From an uncultured Candidatus Actinomarina sp. (GTDB taxonomy: Bacteria; Actinomycetota; Acidimicrobiia; Actinomarinales; Actinomarinaceae), in the NCBI GenBank assembly GCA_902595195.1, contig CACJPC010000001.1:17173-81172 (forward strand): a stretch of 64,000 bases of DNA, in the 5' to 3' direction. Shown here piece by piece: positions 63,044 to 64,000 of this stretch. A program made the position numbers and the translations under genes. Every line of letters starts with the position of its first letter. The first letter of the stretch is position 1. The notes under the pieces were generated by a model, which did no database searches, was not told where the DNA came from, and was given only the letters and a program-made list of their open reading frames with translations.

Positions 63044-63947
63044 CTACTTCACCAGACGTTGGACTCACGCCTAAGTTTCCTAACATGTACCCAAACAAAA
63101 GTGGTGTTGTAACCAATCCCCCAAGACCATAAAAACGCCATGAGAGATCAACTCCATTAAGTGCAGAAAAAACCAATAAATGTAGGACGAATACTAGGCC
63201 GTAAGAACCAGCAACTAAGGCCGCACTTACTTGAATTTTTCTATCATGACTTGTTGTTTGATACCATTTAGTAATTTGATATATAAGTGCAGACATTATT
63301 AATCCAGAAACAGAAATTAAAATTGTTCGATTAAATTCGCCAAGGCTTGTGTTTATTGAGATATACAAAAAAGAAATTAAATAAATCAGTGACATCTGTT
63401 TTGGTGAAACTTTAAAACGCACTACATAAACAAATATAAAACTAGCAAGCATCGCCTGCAGTATTACACTTCCAGCAGCAAGTTCATCTTCTCTTTCGAT
63501 AAAAGACCAAATATTTAAAAATGGATTTATGAATAGTGTTATAAACATAACTAACCCATAACTCGTCGCTGCAGAAAATATTGATGCATTATCTAGGCTC
63601 TCTTTTGATGGCCTCGTAGTAAAAACATAATCTAACATTAAAAATGATCCTAAAAACAACATTAAATGTGAAGGGGTAATGAGAGGCTCTACTCCAGTTT
63701 CAATTCCAAGGAGTGTGTGCCATATAGCATCTGATGCTCCACCAATTCCAAAAATAACTGCACCTAAAACGCCCACATCAAATTTATAATCCTTCATTTT
63801 ATTTTTTATAAACATGGCTACTAAAACTGAAAAAGCATATCCAGAGTAAAGTACACCATGCCAAGGTGTAAAGAATGTCTCAATGTCATCTATGAGATAT
63901 GTATGTGCGCTTGAATCAATCCATGCTCCAGAAAAGAACCAGATCAT
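63036..63947 (-). CDS. Polytopic integral membrane protein, unknown function
   Basis: About 9 hydrophobic segments. No motif recognised. Confidence 0.5.
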   Translation of the reverse strand: MIWFFSGAWIDSSAHTYLIDDIETFFTPWHGVLYSGYAFSVLVAMFIKNKMKDYKFDVGVLGAVIFGIGGASDAIWHTLLGIETGVEPLITPSHLMLFLGSFLMLDYVFTTRPSKESLDNASIFSAATSYGLVMFITLFINPFLNIWSFIEREDELAAGSVILQAMLASFIFVYVVRFKVSPKQMSLIYLISFLYISINTSLGEFNRTILISVSGLIMSALIYQITKWYQTTSHDRKIQVSAALVAGSYGLVFVLHLLVFSALNGVDLSWRFYGLGGLVTTPLLFGYMLGNLGVSPTSGEVVR

Positions 63948-64000
63948 AGAAAATATTAATAGTCTCCTATAAGTTTGATTTGTAATGGGTGTTGGTGACA

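Overview
AT-rich (about one third G+C by eye), tightly packed bacterial chromosome segment. No rRNA, tRNA, CRISPR array, integrase or transposase was recognised. All family calls come from motifs I read in the supplied translations or translated myself; no database search was run.

Layout:
- 1-21.2 kb: housekeeping genes. The order dnaB-rplI-rpsR-ssb-rpsF is the Gram-positive/actinobacterial type, so a streamlined marine actinobacterium is a plausible source (inference only). Also here: panB, msrA, a nucleoside/queuosine salvage cluster, a P450, a trans-sulfuration enzyme, and envelope and lipid genes.
- 21.2-29.6 kb: one long minus-strand operon of unrecognisable ORFs. It includes zinc-ribbon mini-proteins, a membrane-anchored metzincin protease, an SGNH hydrolase, a discoidin-like protein and lipoproteins.
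- 29.7-55.6 kb: a gap-free defence-type island with at least five modules.
  1. A degenerate-Nudix NrtR-like regulator, a zinc-ribbon/DarT-like ADP-ribosyltransferase and an unknown 237-aa partner with no macrodomain.
  2. A Dam methylase divergent from a 4-gene operon with a MORC/GHKL ATPase and a PLD-SNF2 fusion.
  3. A NERD-SF1 helicase convergent with an SbcD-like/SbcC-like/RecB-like (TM0106-type) operon.
  4. Two tandem EcoRI-methylase-family adenine methylases sharing a 218-bp identical block, coupled to a DUF262(ParB-like)-HNH protein.
  5. A full-length Hsp70-like protein with a foreign HEPN-like C-terminal domain, flanked by coiled-coil proteins and interrupted by a frameshift in a T6 run.
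- 55.6-64 kb: a frameshifted MORN-repeat gene, then housekeeping genes again (lysA, nfo). A GNAT gene bracketed by two roughly 140-bp cassette-like repeats follows, then a histidine phosphatase and acyltransferases.

The best candidates for an undescribed system are the NrtR/DarT-like triad, the MORC + PLD-SNF2 operon, the twin-methylase + DUF262-HNH operon and the Hsp70-HEPN-like module.
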